Positions 37,186 through 46,435 are shown, counted from the first letter of the stretch. The stretch: 64,000 nucleotides of DNA from a bacterium (GCA_035528375.1 DATKYS010000132.1:731-64730); one strand, 5' to 3'. Notes: a model not told the origin generated them from the letters alone. Numbers and translations: made by a program.

Positions 37186-38235
37186 ATGCTCGACAAGCTC
37201 TCCAACGCCTTCGGTACGTCGGGATACGAGAAAGAGGTCCGCGAGCTAATCCTCGGCGAGATCTCCAAGAAGGTGGACCTGCACCAGGTGGACACCCTGG
37301 GCAACCTGATCGTGCGGGTGTCCGGCCGCGCCCGCTATAAGGGGCCGCGCCTCCTGCTTTCGGCCCACATGGACGAGGTCGGCTTCGTCGCGAGCGAAAT
37401 CACCGGCTCCGGCGACCTGAAGTTCCAAAAGATGGGAAGCACCGATGACCGCGTGCTTCTGAGCAAGCGGGTCGTCGTCCGCCACGAGGATTCCGGGGTA
37501 CCGGGCGTCATCGGCATGAAGAGCCCGCATCTGCACAAGAAGCGCGAGGAGTTCGAGCAAGTCCTGGACTACGACAAGCTGTACGTGGACATCGGCTGCT
37601 CGAAGAAGGAGGAGGCGGAGAAGCTCGTCGCCGTGGGGGACGGGATTTACTACGACACCCGATACTTCGAACAGGGTGGCCGGGTCTTCGGGAAGTGCTT
37701 CGATGATCGGGCCGGCTGTTCCGTCATCGCGGAAGTCGTCAAGGGATCGCCGAAACTGACCGGCGGAACGCCCTTCTACGCCGCCTTCACCACCCAGGAG
37801 GAGATAGGCGTCCGGGGGGCGCGGGTGATAGGGAACGCGGTGAAGCCCGACGTTTACATCGCCGTCGAGGGTACCGCCGCCGGTGAGGGACCGCCGTCTT
37901 GGATCGGCCGCGACGCCTCGCCCTCCACCGAACTGGGACGGGGACCGGCGCTCTCCATCCTCGACCGCTCCCATATCGCCGACCCCGCCTGGCTCGAGTT
38001 CGTCCAAAACATCGCCCGCGAGGAGAACATCCCGTACCAGTTCAAGAGGTTCGTGACGGGGGGCACCGAGTCCAGCGTCGTGCAGCGGAGCATGGCCGGC
38101 GTGCGCGTCGTGACCATCTCGGTCCCGGTCCGCTACATCCATTCCCCGGTGGGCATCCTCGACAAGGGCGATTATCGGAACACGAAGCGGCTGGTAGCCG
38201 CCGTCATCCGGCGCCTCGAGGAATTCAAGCCCTAG
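37186..38235 (+). CDS. M42 family aminopeptidase, paralog 2
   Basis: MLDKLSNAFGTSGYEKEVRELI...SAHMDEVGFV...FDDRAGCSVI. Confidence 0.8.
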   Translation: MLDKLSNAFGTSGYEKEVRELILGEISKKVDLHQVDTLGNLIVRVSGRARYKGPRLLLSAHMDEVGFVASEITGSGDLKFQKMGSTDDRVLLSKRVVVRHEDSGVPGVIGMKSPHLHKKREEFEQVLDYDKLYVDIGCSKKEEAEKLVAVGDGIYYDTRYFEQGGRVFGKCFDDRAGCSVIAEVVKGSPKLTGGTPFYAAFTTQEEIGVRGARVIGNAVKPDVYIAVEGTAAGEGPPSWIGRDASPSTELGRGPALSILDRSHIADPAWLEFVQNIAREENIPYQFKRFVTGGTESSVVQRSMAGVRVVTISVPVRYIHSPVGILDKGDYRNTKRLVAAVIRRLEEFKP

Positions 38236-38258
38236 CCGAAGAGTCCGGAGGACTACCG

Positions 38259-39266
38259 ATGGAGGAAACCATCCGCGCCCTGTGCCAGCTCTACGGCCCC
38301 TCGGGTCACGAGGAACGGGTTGTGGAGAGGATCGAGAAGATGGTGAAGCCGCACGTGGACGAGCTTCGCCGCGACGTGATGGGCAACCTGCTGACCCGGA
38401 TCGGTTCGGGCGGCAGTAAGCTGATGTTCGCCGCCCACACCGACGAGATCGGCGTGGTGGTGCACTACATAGACGAAAAAGGGTTCGCCCGCATCTCCCC
38501 CGTGGGCGGGGTGCAACCGCTGTGGCTCTACGGGCGGCGGGTTCAGTTCGCCAACGGTACCGTCGGCGTCATCGGCCGGGAGCAACTCGGCACCGAGCCG
38601 AAGGACACGGACTGGAACAACCTGTTCCTCGACGTGGGGGTCACGTCGAAGAAGGACGCGGAGAAGCTCATCGCCGTGGGAGACTTCGGGGTTTTCGTGC
38701 GCTCAACAGTAGCCCAGGGCAGGGTCTTCATCTCCAAGGCGCTGGACGACCGCATCGGCTGCGCCGTCCTCGTCGAGGCGCTGAAGAAGCTGAAGAAAAA
38801 GGCGAAGAACGAGGTCCACTTCGTCTTCACCGTCCAGGAGGAGGTGGGCGTCCGCGGGGCGCGGACCAGCGCCTGGAGCGTCACCCCCGACGTGGGCTAC
38901 GCCATTGACATCACCGGCTGGGGGGACACGCCCCTCGTCGAGCCGATGAACGTCGAGCTGGGGAAGGGTGTGGCGATCAAGGCCATGGACCAGGGTACCA
39001 TCGTCTCGCCTAAGGTCCGCAAGCTGATGGTTGATACGGCCGTGGCGAAGGGCATCCCGTACCAGATGGAGGTGCTGCGCGGCGGCGCCACCGACGCCTT
39101 CGCCATCCAGTTCACGAAGACCGGCGTGCCCTGCGGCGTCATCTCCATCCCGACCCGTTACGTCCACCAACCCAGCGAAATGGCGCACATGGACGATTTC
39201 GCCGGCGCCGTCAAGCTGGTCTGCGCCCTGGCCAACGCCGACCATTCGGCGGTCCTGGCCACTTGA
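38259..39266 (+). CDS. M42 family aminopeptidase, paralog 3
   Basis: MEETIRALCQLYGPSGHEERVVE...AAHTDEIGVVV...LDDRIGCAVL. Start moved to an in-frame ATG inside the track ORF 37899..39266. Confidence 0.8.
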   Translation: MEETIRALCQLYGPSGHEERVVERIEKMVKPHVDELRRDVMGNLLTRIGSGGSKLMFAAHTDEIGVVVHYIDEKGFARISPVGGVQPLWLYGRRVQFANGTVGVIGREQLGTEPKDTDWNNLFLDVGVTSKKDAEKLIAVGDFGVFVRSTVAQGRVFISKALDDRIGCAVLVEALKKLKKKAKNEVHFVFTVQEEVGVRGARTSAWSVTPDVGYAIDITGWGDTPLVEPMNVELGKGVAIKAMDQGTIVSPKVRKLMVDTAVAKGIPYQMEVLRGGATDAFAIQFTKTGVPCGVISIPTRYVHQPSEMAHMDDFAGAVKLVCALANADHSAVLAT

Positions 39267-39339
39267 TTCCGAGCCCTTGTGTAGTCAAACGGGCCGGCCA
39301 TTTGGTCGGCCTTTTTTTCGGGGCGACCGATGGGCGAGG

Positions 39340-39665
39340 GCTGCCGCGTGTCCCCTCCCCCCGTTGGGGGGAGGGCTAGGGTGAGGGGTGGAAAGCGGCG
39401 GGGATAGGAATCCCCGCCCTACATTTAAGGAAAGCTCGTAGGAGCCGACGGGCCAGGGTGAGGGTCGGGGTAGGGAATGTGGAAACGGCGGCCCGCGACC
39501 TCCCTCTCCCTCCGGGAGAGGGATTGAGGGTGAGGGCCACTATTGATAAAAGACGGCGTGGACTAAAGTCCCCGCCCTACATTAAGGAAGCGCAACGCCC
39601 TCGTAGGGGCCGACCTTTAGGTCGGCCCGCGGGCGGGTGTGGACACCCGCCCCTACTGCGGAGGT
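39340..39665. repeat. Cluster of short dispersed/palindromic repeat modules (GGGTGAGGG..., (T)CCCCGCCCTACATT(T)AAGGAA x2, GTAGGGGCCGACCTTTAGGTCGGCCC, GGGCGGGTGTGGACACCCGCCC)
   Basis: Internal duplication within the region. The last two modules recur together at 48483..48600, downstream of groEL. Confidence 0.6.
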
Positions 39666-39715
39666 GTGAGCGTGATACTCGAAAGGGCCCGCCCAAAGGC
39701 AGGCCCGTTTGCGAC

Positions 39716-39791
39716 TGGTGGAGATGAGCGGGCTCGAACCGCCGGCCTCAGCCTTGCGAAGGCTGCGCTCTCCCAGCTGAGCTACATCCCC
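39716..39791 (-). tRNA. tRNA-Ala (anticodon CGC)
   Basis: Reverse complement GGGGATGTAGCTCAGCTGGGAGAGCGCAGCCTTCGCAAGGCTG...CATCTCCACCA. G3:U70 Ala identity pair. Anticodon loop TTCGCAA. Confidence 0.9.
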
Positions 39792-39944
39792 TCAAACCCC
39801 CCATCCCCCCCATCTTGGGGGGGCACAGTCGCGGGGGGAATTTTTCTCGATTCGACAATCACCGCCGCGTGCGGAGCCCGGTTTCCGTTTGAAGCCCCTC
39901 AACCCCCCCATCTTGGGGGGGGCACAGTCGCGGGGGGAATTTTT
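39792..39944. repeat. Two ~50-nt direct repeats (CCCCTCAAaCCCCCC..CCCCCCATCTTGGGGGGGCACAGTCGCGGGGGGAATTTTT) abutting the tRNA-Ala 5' end
   Basis: Copies at 39792..39845 and 39893..39944. Each contains a C7-ATCT-G7 hairpin followed by a T-run. Confidence 0.6.
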
Positions 39945-40066
39945 AAAATTAGCTACAATTGCGTTGCGTACGGAAGGTAAATTTCCCGTTCTCGGCGGCC
40001 CGCAGAGGACTCGTCCTACGGGGCCGCCCTACATTAACAGAAACGGCGGAATTGTAAACATGCGTC

Positions 40067-40230
40067 GCTCGCGGCGTTGACTTTCGAATGGATTAACCGT
40101 TCGTCGCGGAACCGGGGTCCAGCGCCCCGCGCTTCAAGAAAAAATAAGGAACTGAAAAAGGGCTCCACTCGCGGCGTTGACTTTCGAATGGATTAACCGT
40201 TCGTCGCGGCTACGCTGGCGGCTCAGCCGC
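40067..40230 (-). repeat. Tandem pair of the tRNA-3'-flank element (copies B 40067..40133 and A 40161..40230) downstream of tRNA-Ser(GGA)
   Basis: Both end (tRNA sense) in CAACGCCGCGAGTGGAGCC and carry GACGAACGGTTAATCCATTCGAAAGTCAA. Homologous to the elements at 40390..40549 and 59593..59760. Confidence 0.65.
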
Positions 40231-40324
40231 TGGCGGAGAGGGAGGGATTCGAACCCTCGAGGGGAGGATAAGTCCCCTACGCGATTTCCAGTCGCGCCCC
40301 TTCGACCAACTCGGACACCTCTCC
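40231..40324 (-). tRNA. tRNA-Ser (anticodon GGA), type II with long variable arm
   Basis: Reverse complement GGAGAGGTGTCCGAGTTGGTCGAAGGGGCGCGACTGGAAATCGCG...GAGGGTTCGAATCCCTCCCTCTCCGCCA. Confidence 0.9.
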
Positions 40325-40389
40325 GCGTGCCTGGAGTTCGAAGCTGTCAGTGGGGCGTTAGGCTGCATCTTTAATACTTGAATTAATAC

Positions 40390-40640
<251 letters not shown>

Positions 40641-40754
40641 AGCGCGCTCGCGAGTATAACCGAGGGTGTAGAGGCTGTCAAGAAGCGGCTCGGAGGCGCC
40701 TTGCGCTCGACCGAAGCATCGGTTATTCTCGGGTTGCGACCGAGGGGGCCGTGA

Positions 40755-42191
40755 ATGTCGTTGCCGAAAAACATCGTCCGGTTGGGTGAGTTCGAGTGGC
40801 GCATCGAGCCGTGGTATTTTCGCGGGATGCTCCGTCCTGCGCGGATCTTCGTCGGCGAGGAGGAGCTGGAGCGCGCGCACGCCGACGGCGCCCTGCGGCA
40901 GATAGCCGAGGTGGCGTGCCTGCCGGGCGGGGTGGGCGAGGCGCTTGCGATGCCGGACATCCACCACGGGTACGGCTTCCCGATCGGCGGCGTGGCGGCC
41001 TTCGATGCCGTGGAGGGAATAGTCAGCCCCGGCGGCGTGGGGTACGACATCAACTGCGGGGTGCGGGCCCTGACGACACCCCTGACCGCGGATGAGGTCC
41101 GGAAATGGGTGGACCGGCTGGCCGACGCCCTCTTCAGTGGAGTTCCCTGCGGCGTGGGTTCGCACACCCGGGAGTCCTTCTCCGACGATGAGCTGGACCG
41201 CGTCATGCGAGACGGCGCCGGGTGGGCCGTGGCCCTGGGGCGGGGCTTCGGGGAGGACCTATCCGCCTGCGAGTCGGAGGGCGCGGTGGAGGGGGCCGAT
41301 CCCCGGGCCGTTTCCGCCACGGCCAAGGAGCGTGGGCGGAACCAGTTGGGCACCCTGGGGTCGGGGAACCACTTCCTCGAGGTGCAGCGCGTGGCCGAGG
41401 TGTACGATCCCGACGTGGCCGCCGAGTGGGGCGTCGAGACCGTGGACCGGGTCACGGTGATGATCCACTGCGGCAGCCGCGGCCTGGGGCACCAGGTCTG
41501 CGACGATTACCTGAAGCTGCTCCGGGCGGGCGGGGGGGACTGGCCGAACCGGGAGCTGGTTTACGCCCGGATCGGTTCCCCCGAGGGCGGGCGCTACCTG
41601 GCGGCGATGGCCGCGGCGGCCAACTACGCCTGGGCGAACCGCCAGCTCATCGCCCATAAGGTGCGCGGCGTCTTCGAGAAGATTTTCGGCGTCCGGCCGG
41701 ATGGACTCCGCCAGATCTACGACGTGGCCCACAACGTGGCGAAATTCGAGGAGCACGTCGTGGACGGTCGGAAGCGGAAACTACTCGTCCACCGCAAGGG
41801 GGCGACCCGGGCCTTTCCCGCCGGCCATCCCGACCTGCCTGAGCGTTTCCGCCCCCTGGGCCAGCCGGTGATTCTACCCGGCGACATGGGCACGGCCAGC
41901 TACCTGCTCCTCGGCATACCCGGCGTTTTGGAGAAGAGTTTCGGCTCGACGGGTCACGGGGCCGGTCGGCGGATGAGCCGCAAGGAGGCGGTGCGGACAC
42001 TCCGGGGTCGGAAAATTGTCGAGGAACTGGGCGAGCGGGGCGTCACCGTCCGCTGGGAGGGGCGGGACACGCTTTACGAGGAGCACCCCCTGGCGTACAA
42101 GGACGTTCACGAGGTGGCCGCGGTCTGCGAGGGCGCGGGGCTGGCGCGCAGGGTCGTCCGCCTGGAACCGCTGGCGGTGATTAAGGGATGA
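40755..42191 (+). CDS. rtcB: RNA-splicing ligase RtcB (3'-phosphate/5'-hydroxyl RNA ligase)
   Basis: DIHHGYGFPIGGVAA...GYDINCGVR...GSGNHFLEVQ...HCGSRGLGHQV...HNVA, the conserved RtcB metal-site motifs. Confidence 0.9.
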   Translation: MSLPKNIVRLGEFEWRIEPWYFRGMLRPARIFVGEEELERAHADGALRQIAEVACLPGGVGEALAMPDIHHGYGFPIGGVAAFDAVEGIVSPGGVGYDINCGVRALTTPLTADEVRKWVDRLADALFSGVPCGVGSHTRESFSDDELDRVMRDGAGWAVALGRGFGEDLSACESEGAVEGADPRAVSATAKERGRNQLGTLGSGNHFLEVQRVAEVYDPDVAAEWGVETVDRVTVMIHCGSRGLGHQVCDDYLKLLRAGGGDWPNRELVYARIGSPEGGRYLAAMAAAANYAWANRQLIAHKVRGVFEKIFGVRPDGLRQIYDVAHNVAKFEEHVVDGRKRKLLVHRKGATRAFPAGHPDLPERFRPLGQPVILPGDMGTASYLLLGIPGVLEKSFGSTGHGAGRRMSRKEAVRTLRGRKIVEELGERGVTVRWEGRDTLYEEHPLAYKDVHEVAAVCEGAGLARRVVRLEPLAVIKG

Positions 42192-43411
42192 CCTACGACG
42201 TGGTCGTTGTCGGTGGTGGCGCGGCGGGTCTGACGGCGGGATTGTCCGCGGCCCGGAGCGGCGCGCGGGTTTTAATCCTGGAGCGCGGTCCCCGGCCGGG
42301 ACGAAAGATTCTCGTCACCGGGAACGGCCGCTGCAACCTGACGAACGCCCTGGCCGACGGGATCGAGCATTACCGCGGCGCCGAGCCGCGATTCTGCTAC
42401 GGCGCCCTGCGCCGGTTCCCCGTCGCCGACACCCTGGCCTTTTTTTCGAAATTGGGGGTTCCCTGTGTGGACGAGGGGGACGGCCACTACTACCCCCGGT
42501 CCTTCTCGGCGGCCGACGTCGCCGATTCCCTGGAACTCTCCTACCGCGAGGCCGGCGGCGAGGTGGTCGCCAACGCGCGGGTCGTCGGGCTGGCCCCCGG
42601 CCCGCCCTGGGTAGTCGCGGGGGCGGGTGGTCGGAGCTGGTCCACCCGGGCGGTGGTCCTGGCGACGGGCGGTCGCTCGGCGCCCAAGACCGGCTCGGAC
42701 GGCGACGGTTTCACTCTGGCCGGGAAGCTCGGGCACTGGATTACGCCGGTGGCCCCGGCCATCGTCCCGCTCACCGTCGCGGGGAATTTGGGCCACTTCC
42801 TCCAGGGCGTGAAAGTGACGGCGGCGTTGCGGGCTCCCCGGTTGGGGTTGGAGGCGGGTCCCGCGGAGCTGATGTTCGCCCACTACGGTGTTTCAGGTCC
42901 GCTGGCCCTGGGGCTCTCCGTGGAAATCGGTCTGGCTGTCGAGAGCGGTCCGATGGACCTGGAACTGGACCTGTTGCCCGAGATGGGGCCGGAAGAACTG
43001 TCCACGTTCCTGCAATCACGCGCCGAAGCGCACCCCAAACGCGAGCTGGGAAACCTTCTCCTGGGCGTCCTGCCGCGGAAGGTTTTTCCCGCGGTGCTCC
43101 GCCGGCAGGGGATGGATCCCGGCGGGGCTCTCGGGGAGATGCGGGGGGAGCTGCGGGAGCGACTGGTCGGCCTCCTGAATGCGTACCCCTTGGTCTGCAC
43201 CGGCACCCTGGGGTGGGACGAGGCGGCGGCGACGCTCGGCGGCGTGGACACACGGGAGGTGGGGCCGAAGACCCTTGAGAGCCGGATACACCCCGGCCTC
43301 TTCTTCGCGGGTGAGGTCCTCGACGTGTGCGGGGAGTGCGGGGGCTTCAACCTCCAGTGGGCCTGGTCCTCGGGGTACGTCGCCGGCTCGAGCGCGGCCG
43401 GCGCGGATTGA
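42188..43411 (+). CDS. FAD-dependent flavoprotein, HI0933/YhiN (BaiN-like) family
   Basis: YDVVVVGGGAAGLTAG Rossmann N-terminus, ...ATGGRSAPKTGSDGDGF..., C-terminal FFAGEVLDVCGECGGFNLQWAWSSG. Confidence 0.75.
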   Translation: MTYDVVVVGGGAAGLTAGLSAARSGARVLILERGPRPGRKILVTGNGRCNLTNALADGIEHYRGAEPRFCYGALRRFPVADTLAFFSKLGVPCVDEGDGHYYPRSFSAADVADSLELSYREAGGEVVANARVVGLAPGPPWVVAGAGGRSWSTRAVVLATGGRSAPKTGSDGDGFTLAGKLGHWITPVAPAIVPLTVAGNLGHFLQGVKVTAALRAPRLGLEAGPAELMFAHYGVSGPLALGLSVEIGLAVESGPMDLELDLLPEMGPEELSTFLQSRAEAHPKRELGNLLLGVLPRKVFPAVLRRQGMDPGGALGEMRGELRERLVGLLNAYPLVCTGTLGWDEAAATLGGVDTREVGPKTLESRIHPGLFFAGEVLDVCGECGGFNLQWAWSSGYVAGSSAAGAD

Positions 43412-43464
43412 ACATCTTCGATTAAAAAAGGCCGGCGGTCCCGGCCTTTTCAATGCACGGATAC

Positions 43465-43683
43465 CTAGCCGACCACCTTGATCTTCCATCCGATTTCCGC
43501 CCCGGTCCAGGTGTCCTCGGCGAGGTCCTGTTTCTCGGCCGGGATGCGGACCGCCATGCTGCAGTCGGGGTCGCCCGGCGGGTTGGGGACGAGCTTCGCC
43601 TCGATCCCCTCCCTGACGATCGAGCGGTAGGCCATCATGGTCCGTGTGTTCGAGCCGAAGGTGTAGTAGGCGAAACCCGTCAA
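43465..43683 (-). CDS. DUF3343-like small protein (putative S/Se carrier-like), partner of the downstream cysteine-desulfurase-family gene
   Basis: 72 aa. YYTFGSNTRTMMAYRSIVREGIEAKLVPNPPGDPDCSMAVRI fits the DUF3343 pattern (F.S...A...L...GI...L.P.P.....C..A.R). Start overlaps the upstream stop. Confidence 0.5.
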   Translation of the reverse strand: MTGFAYYTFGSNTRTMMAYRSIVREGIEAKLVPNPPGDPDCSMAVRIPAEKQDLAEDTWTGAEIGWKIKVVG

Positions 43684-44858
43684 GCGAGTATCCCCCCCAG
43701 CGTCCGGTCCAGCACGTCCAGGTCGTCTTCGGTGTTGAAGGCCCCGAGGCTTACCCGCACGGCCCCGGTCTCATGGGTGCCCGCCAGCTCGTGTGCTCCC
43801 GGGGCGCAGTGCAGGCCCGTCCGGACCTGAATCCCCCCGCGCTCCTCGAGGTCGGCGGCCAGTCGGTTGGCGTCCCGGCCCGGGATGGTGAACGTGGCGA
43901 GGGGGACCCTGCCTTCGACGTCGGGCGGTCCGATCAGCCGGGCCCCGTTTTTTTTCAGAATGTCCAGGAGCTTTTTCAGCAGGCGGGTCTTTTGTCGGTG
44001 CAACTCCTCCACGCCCCGGTCCAGAACCCACTCGATGCCGGCGGTGAGCCCCACCAGGCCGACGACGTTGTAGGTGCCGCACTCGAGCCTCTCGGGCAAC
44101 TCCTCGGGCATGTCCTCGGTGATGGGCGTCCCGCCGCCGCCGCGCAGGAGGGGAATCGGCTCGACACCCTCGGCCGCGTACAGGCCGCCGGTGCCCTGTG
44201 GTCCGAGCATCCCCTTGTGGCCGGTGAAGGCGGCCGCGTCCACGCCCCATTTCTCCAATTCGAGGGGGACGACGCCGGAGGCCTGGGCGATGTCGGCCAG
44301 GACCAGGACGCCGTGCGCGTGGGCGACCGCCGTAAGCTCGGCGAGCGGCTGGACCGTTCCCAGGACGTTGGACACGTGGTTCAGGCAGAGCATCCTCGGC
44401 TGCTTCTCACCGAGCAGACGGTCCACGGCAGCGGGATCGTGGGGCCGGGTGTGATCGGCCGGGGCGAACCAGTCCAGCCCGATGACCCCCCGGCGGGCCA
44501 GGTCCAGGAGCGGTCGGCGCACGGCGTTGTGGTTGGTGACGCAGGCGAGGACTCGGTCACCCGGTTTCAGGAGGCCGTAGAGGGCCTGGTTCAGGGCCCA
44601 GGTGGCGCCGGGGCCCAGGCAGATGCGCTGCGGCTGTGTCACGCCCAGGAGCCGGGCTACCGCCTCCCGCGCCGCGAAGACAGACCCCGCGGCGTGGATG
44701 GCCCGGGTGTGTGAGCCGCGCCCCGCCGAACCGCCCTCCTCGGTGAGAAAGCGGGTCATCGCACGGGCGACGGCGGGCGGTTTGGGCCAGCTCGTGGCCG
44801 AGTTGTCCAGGTAGATGTAGCGGAACTCGCTCAACGGGATTCCGAGATTGGAAGACAC
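43680..44858 (-). CDS. Class V aminotransferase-fold PLP enzyme, cysteine desulfurase / selenocysteine lyase family
   Basis: PLP-lysine motif FTGHKGMLGPQG, active-site RTGLHCAPGAHE. 392 aa. Confidence 0.75.
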   Translation of the reverse strand: MSSNLGIPLSEFRYIYLDNSATSWPKPPAVARAMTRFLTEEGGSAGRGSHTRAIHAAGSVFAAREAVARLLGVTQPQRICLGPGATWALNQALYGLLKPGDRVLACVTNHNAVRRPLLDLARRGVIGLDWFAPADHTRPHDPAAVDRLLGEKQPRMLCLNHVSNVLGTVQPLAELTAVAHAHGVLVLADIAQASGVVPLELEKWGVDAAAFTGHKGMLGPQGTGGLYAAEGVEPIPLLRGGGGTPITEDMPEELPERLECGTYNVVGLVGLTAGIEWVLDRGVEELHRQKTRLLKKLLDILKKNGARLIGPPDVEGRVPLATFTIPGRDANRLAADLEERGGIQVRTGLHCAPGAHELAGTHETGAVRVSLGAFNTEDDLDVLDRTLGGILA

Positions 44859-45247
44859 CGTTTGAAGGCGTCGGTGAGCCAGGGTGGCGGACGACGGGGC
44901 GTACCGTCCCGGTTCGTCACCGCGTGCCGGGTGAAGCCGGTGACCAGGAGCTCGCCGTCGCGGTGAATCTCGTAGTCAATGCGCAGGCTGACCGGCCTGA
45001 GCTCGCCGACCACGGCGGTGACCTCGACCAGGTCGTCGTACCTCGCGCTATTCACGAACCTGGCGCCCGTTTCCACCGCGGGGAGGTAGTAGCCCCGCCG
45101 CTCCATCTCGATGTAGGGGAGGCCGGCCTCGCGGAGGAGTTCGGTGCGCGCCGCCTCGAACCACACGAGGTAGTTGACGTTGTACACGATGCCCATCTGG
45201 TCCGTCTCGGCGTAGAGAACCCGGTGGGTGATGGTGTGGGGCGGCAT
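44831..45247 (-). CDS. Acyl-CoA thioesterase, YbgC/4HBT (hotdog) family
   Basis: VLYAETDQMGIVYNVNYLVWFEAARTELLREAGL...VTAVVGEL, the hotdog thioesterase signature. Confidence 0.8.
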   Translation of the reverse strand: MPPHTITHRVLYAETDQMGIVYNVNYLVWFEAARTELLREAGLPYIEMERRGYYLPAVETGARFVNSARYDDLVEVTAVVGELRPVSLRIDYEIHRDGELLVTGFTRHAVTNRDGTPRRPPPWLTDAFKRCLPISESR

Positions 45248-45384
45248 GCAAACCTCTTCGGGCGTGTTTCAGGCCATTATAAAGGTTTAGCCGGGGACGG
45301 GCAAGCGGGCGGAGGTAACCGTGCCGCTTCACAAGCCGGGGGCCGTCTGGTAAGATAACCGCTCCCAACGCGCGCGAGGTTTCC

Positions 45385-46248
45385 GTGTACCCCGTTTTTC
45401 TCCGCGACATCCCGAACCCGCTCACCGGTGAGACCTTCGATATCCGGTGGTACGGCGTCTGGTTCATGGTGGCGCTTCTCGTCGGCCTGTTCGTCTTCGC
45501 CCGGCGCGGCAGGCGCATGTTGGGATTGCCCTTCGACGATGTCCTCATCCTGTCGGTGATCGTCATCGCCGCCGGTCTTTTCGGGGCCAAGCTGCTCACG
45601 GTCTTCCTCCGGTTGGACTACTTCTGGGCCGATCCCCTGGGTTTCCTCTTCGGTCGGAGCAACATCAGCATCACCGGCGGGCTGTTGGGGGGCGGTCTGG
45701 CGCTCTGGCTATGCACCCGTCGGAAGGAGGGGATCGGTTTCCTCGGAGTTGCCGACGCCCTGGCCGGGGCCTTGCCGCTGGCCCAGGCCCTGGGGCGCCA
45801 GGGCTGCTTCTCCGCCGGTTGCTGTTACGGCAAGCCCACCCACGCCTGGTGGGGCGTCACCTTCACCCACCCCGATTCGGTCTGCGGGCTGAAGGATGTC
45901 CCGCTCATCCCGACCCAACTCCTGGAGTCGGGGCTGAACCTCCTCCTCTTCATCGGGATAATACTCTTCGAGAAATTTTGCAAAAAAAGGCGTCAGGGGG
46001 CGACCTTCCTCGTGTACGGCTTCGGCTACGGGACTATCCGCTTCGTGATGGACTTTCTCCGGGCCGACAAGCAGGCCTTCTGGCTGGGGCTGACGACGAA
46101 CCAGTGGGCGGTCGTCGTCGGCTTCGTGCTGTTGGGGCTTGCCTGGTGGCGGCTCCTGCCGAAGTCCGCCCTGGCCGTCGAGGCTTATGCCGACCCTCCG
46201 GCGCGGAGGATTTTCAAGACGAGGATAAAGAAGAGGGACCGCGGCTAG
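45385..46248 (+). CDS. lgt: Prolipoprotein diacylglyceryl transferase
   Basis: Polytopic membrane protein with the Lgt signature GRQGCFSAGCCYGKPT. Confidence 0.85.
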   Translation: MYPVFLRDIPNPLTGETFDIRWYGVWFMVALLVGLFVFARRGRRMLGLPFDDVLILSVIVIAAGLFGAKLLTVFLRLDYFWADPLGFLFGRSNISITGGLLGGGLALWLCTRRKEGIGFLGVADALAGALPLAQALGRQGCFSAGCCYGKPTHAWWGVTFTHPDSVCGLKDVPLIPTQLLESGLNLLLFIGIILFEKFCKKRRQGATFLVYGFGYGTIRFVMDFLRADKQAFWLGLTTNQWAVVVGFVLLGLAWWRLLPKSALAVEAYADPPARRIFKTRIKKRDRG

Positions 46249-46343
46249 GCCAAAAAGGCACTCTCCCCTGCGGCGGTGTCAAGGTGGCGCTTTAAAATCG
46301 GGGACGGTGCGTCGTAAAACGGCCCGTGGCGGCCGATTTCCTT

Positions 46344-46359
46344 TGGCACGCTGCTTGCT
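46344..46359 (+). promoter_or_regulatory. Sigma54 (RpoN)-type promoter TGGCACG-N4-TTGCT upstream of groES
   Basis: Exact match to the -24/-12 consensus TGGCACG-N4-TTGCW, about 75 nt upstream of the groES ATG. No CIRCE inverted repeat (TTAGCACTC-N9-GAGTGCTAA) in this interval. Confidence 0.55.
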
Positions 46360-46435
46360 TTACCACCCAATGGACTATCCTGTTCCAGTGTTTCGGTTCA
46401 TTTTTTAAACAACCTCAGCCTTTCCCGGAGGAGAC

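Noticed and set aside
39792-39944. C7-ATCT-G7 hairpins followed by T5 as plus-strand terminators
   Set aside because: There is no plus-strand gene immediately upstream (the M42 gene ends 500 nt away and has its own terminator). They are more likely repeat elements in the tRNA-Ala 5' region.
46300-46435. CIRCE/HrcA operator upstream of groES
   Set aside because: No TTAGCACTC-N9-GAGTGCTAA-like inverted repeat is present. A sigma54-type element is found instead.
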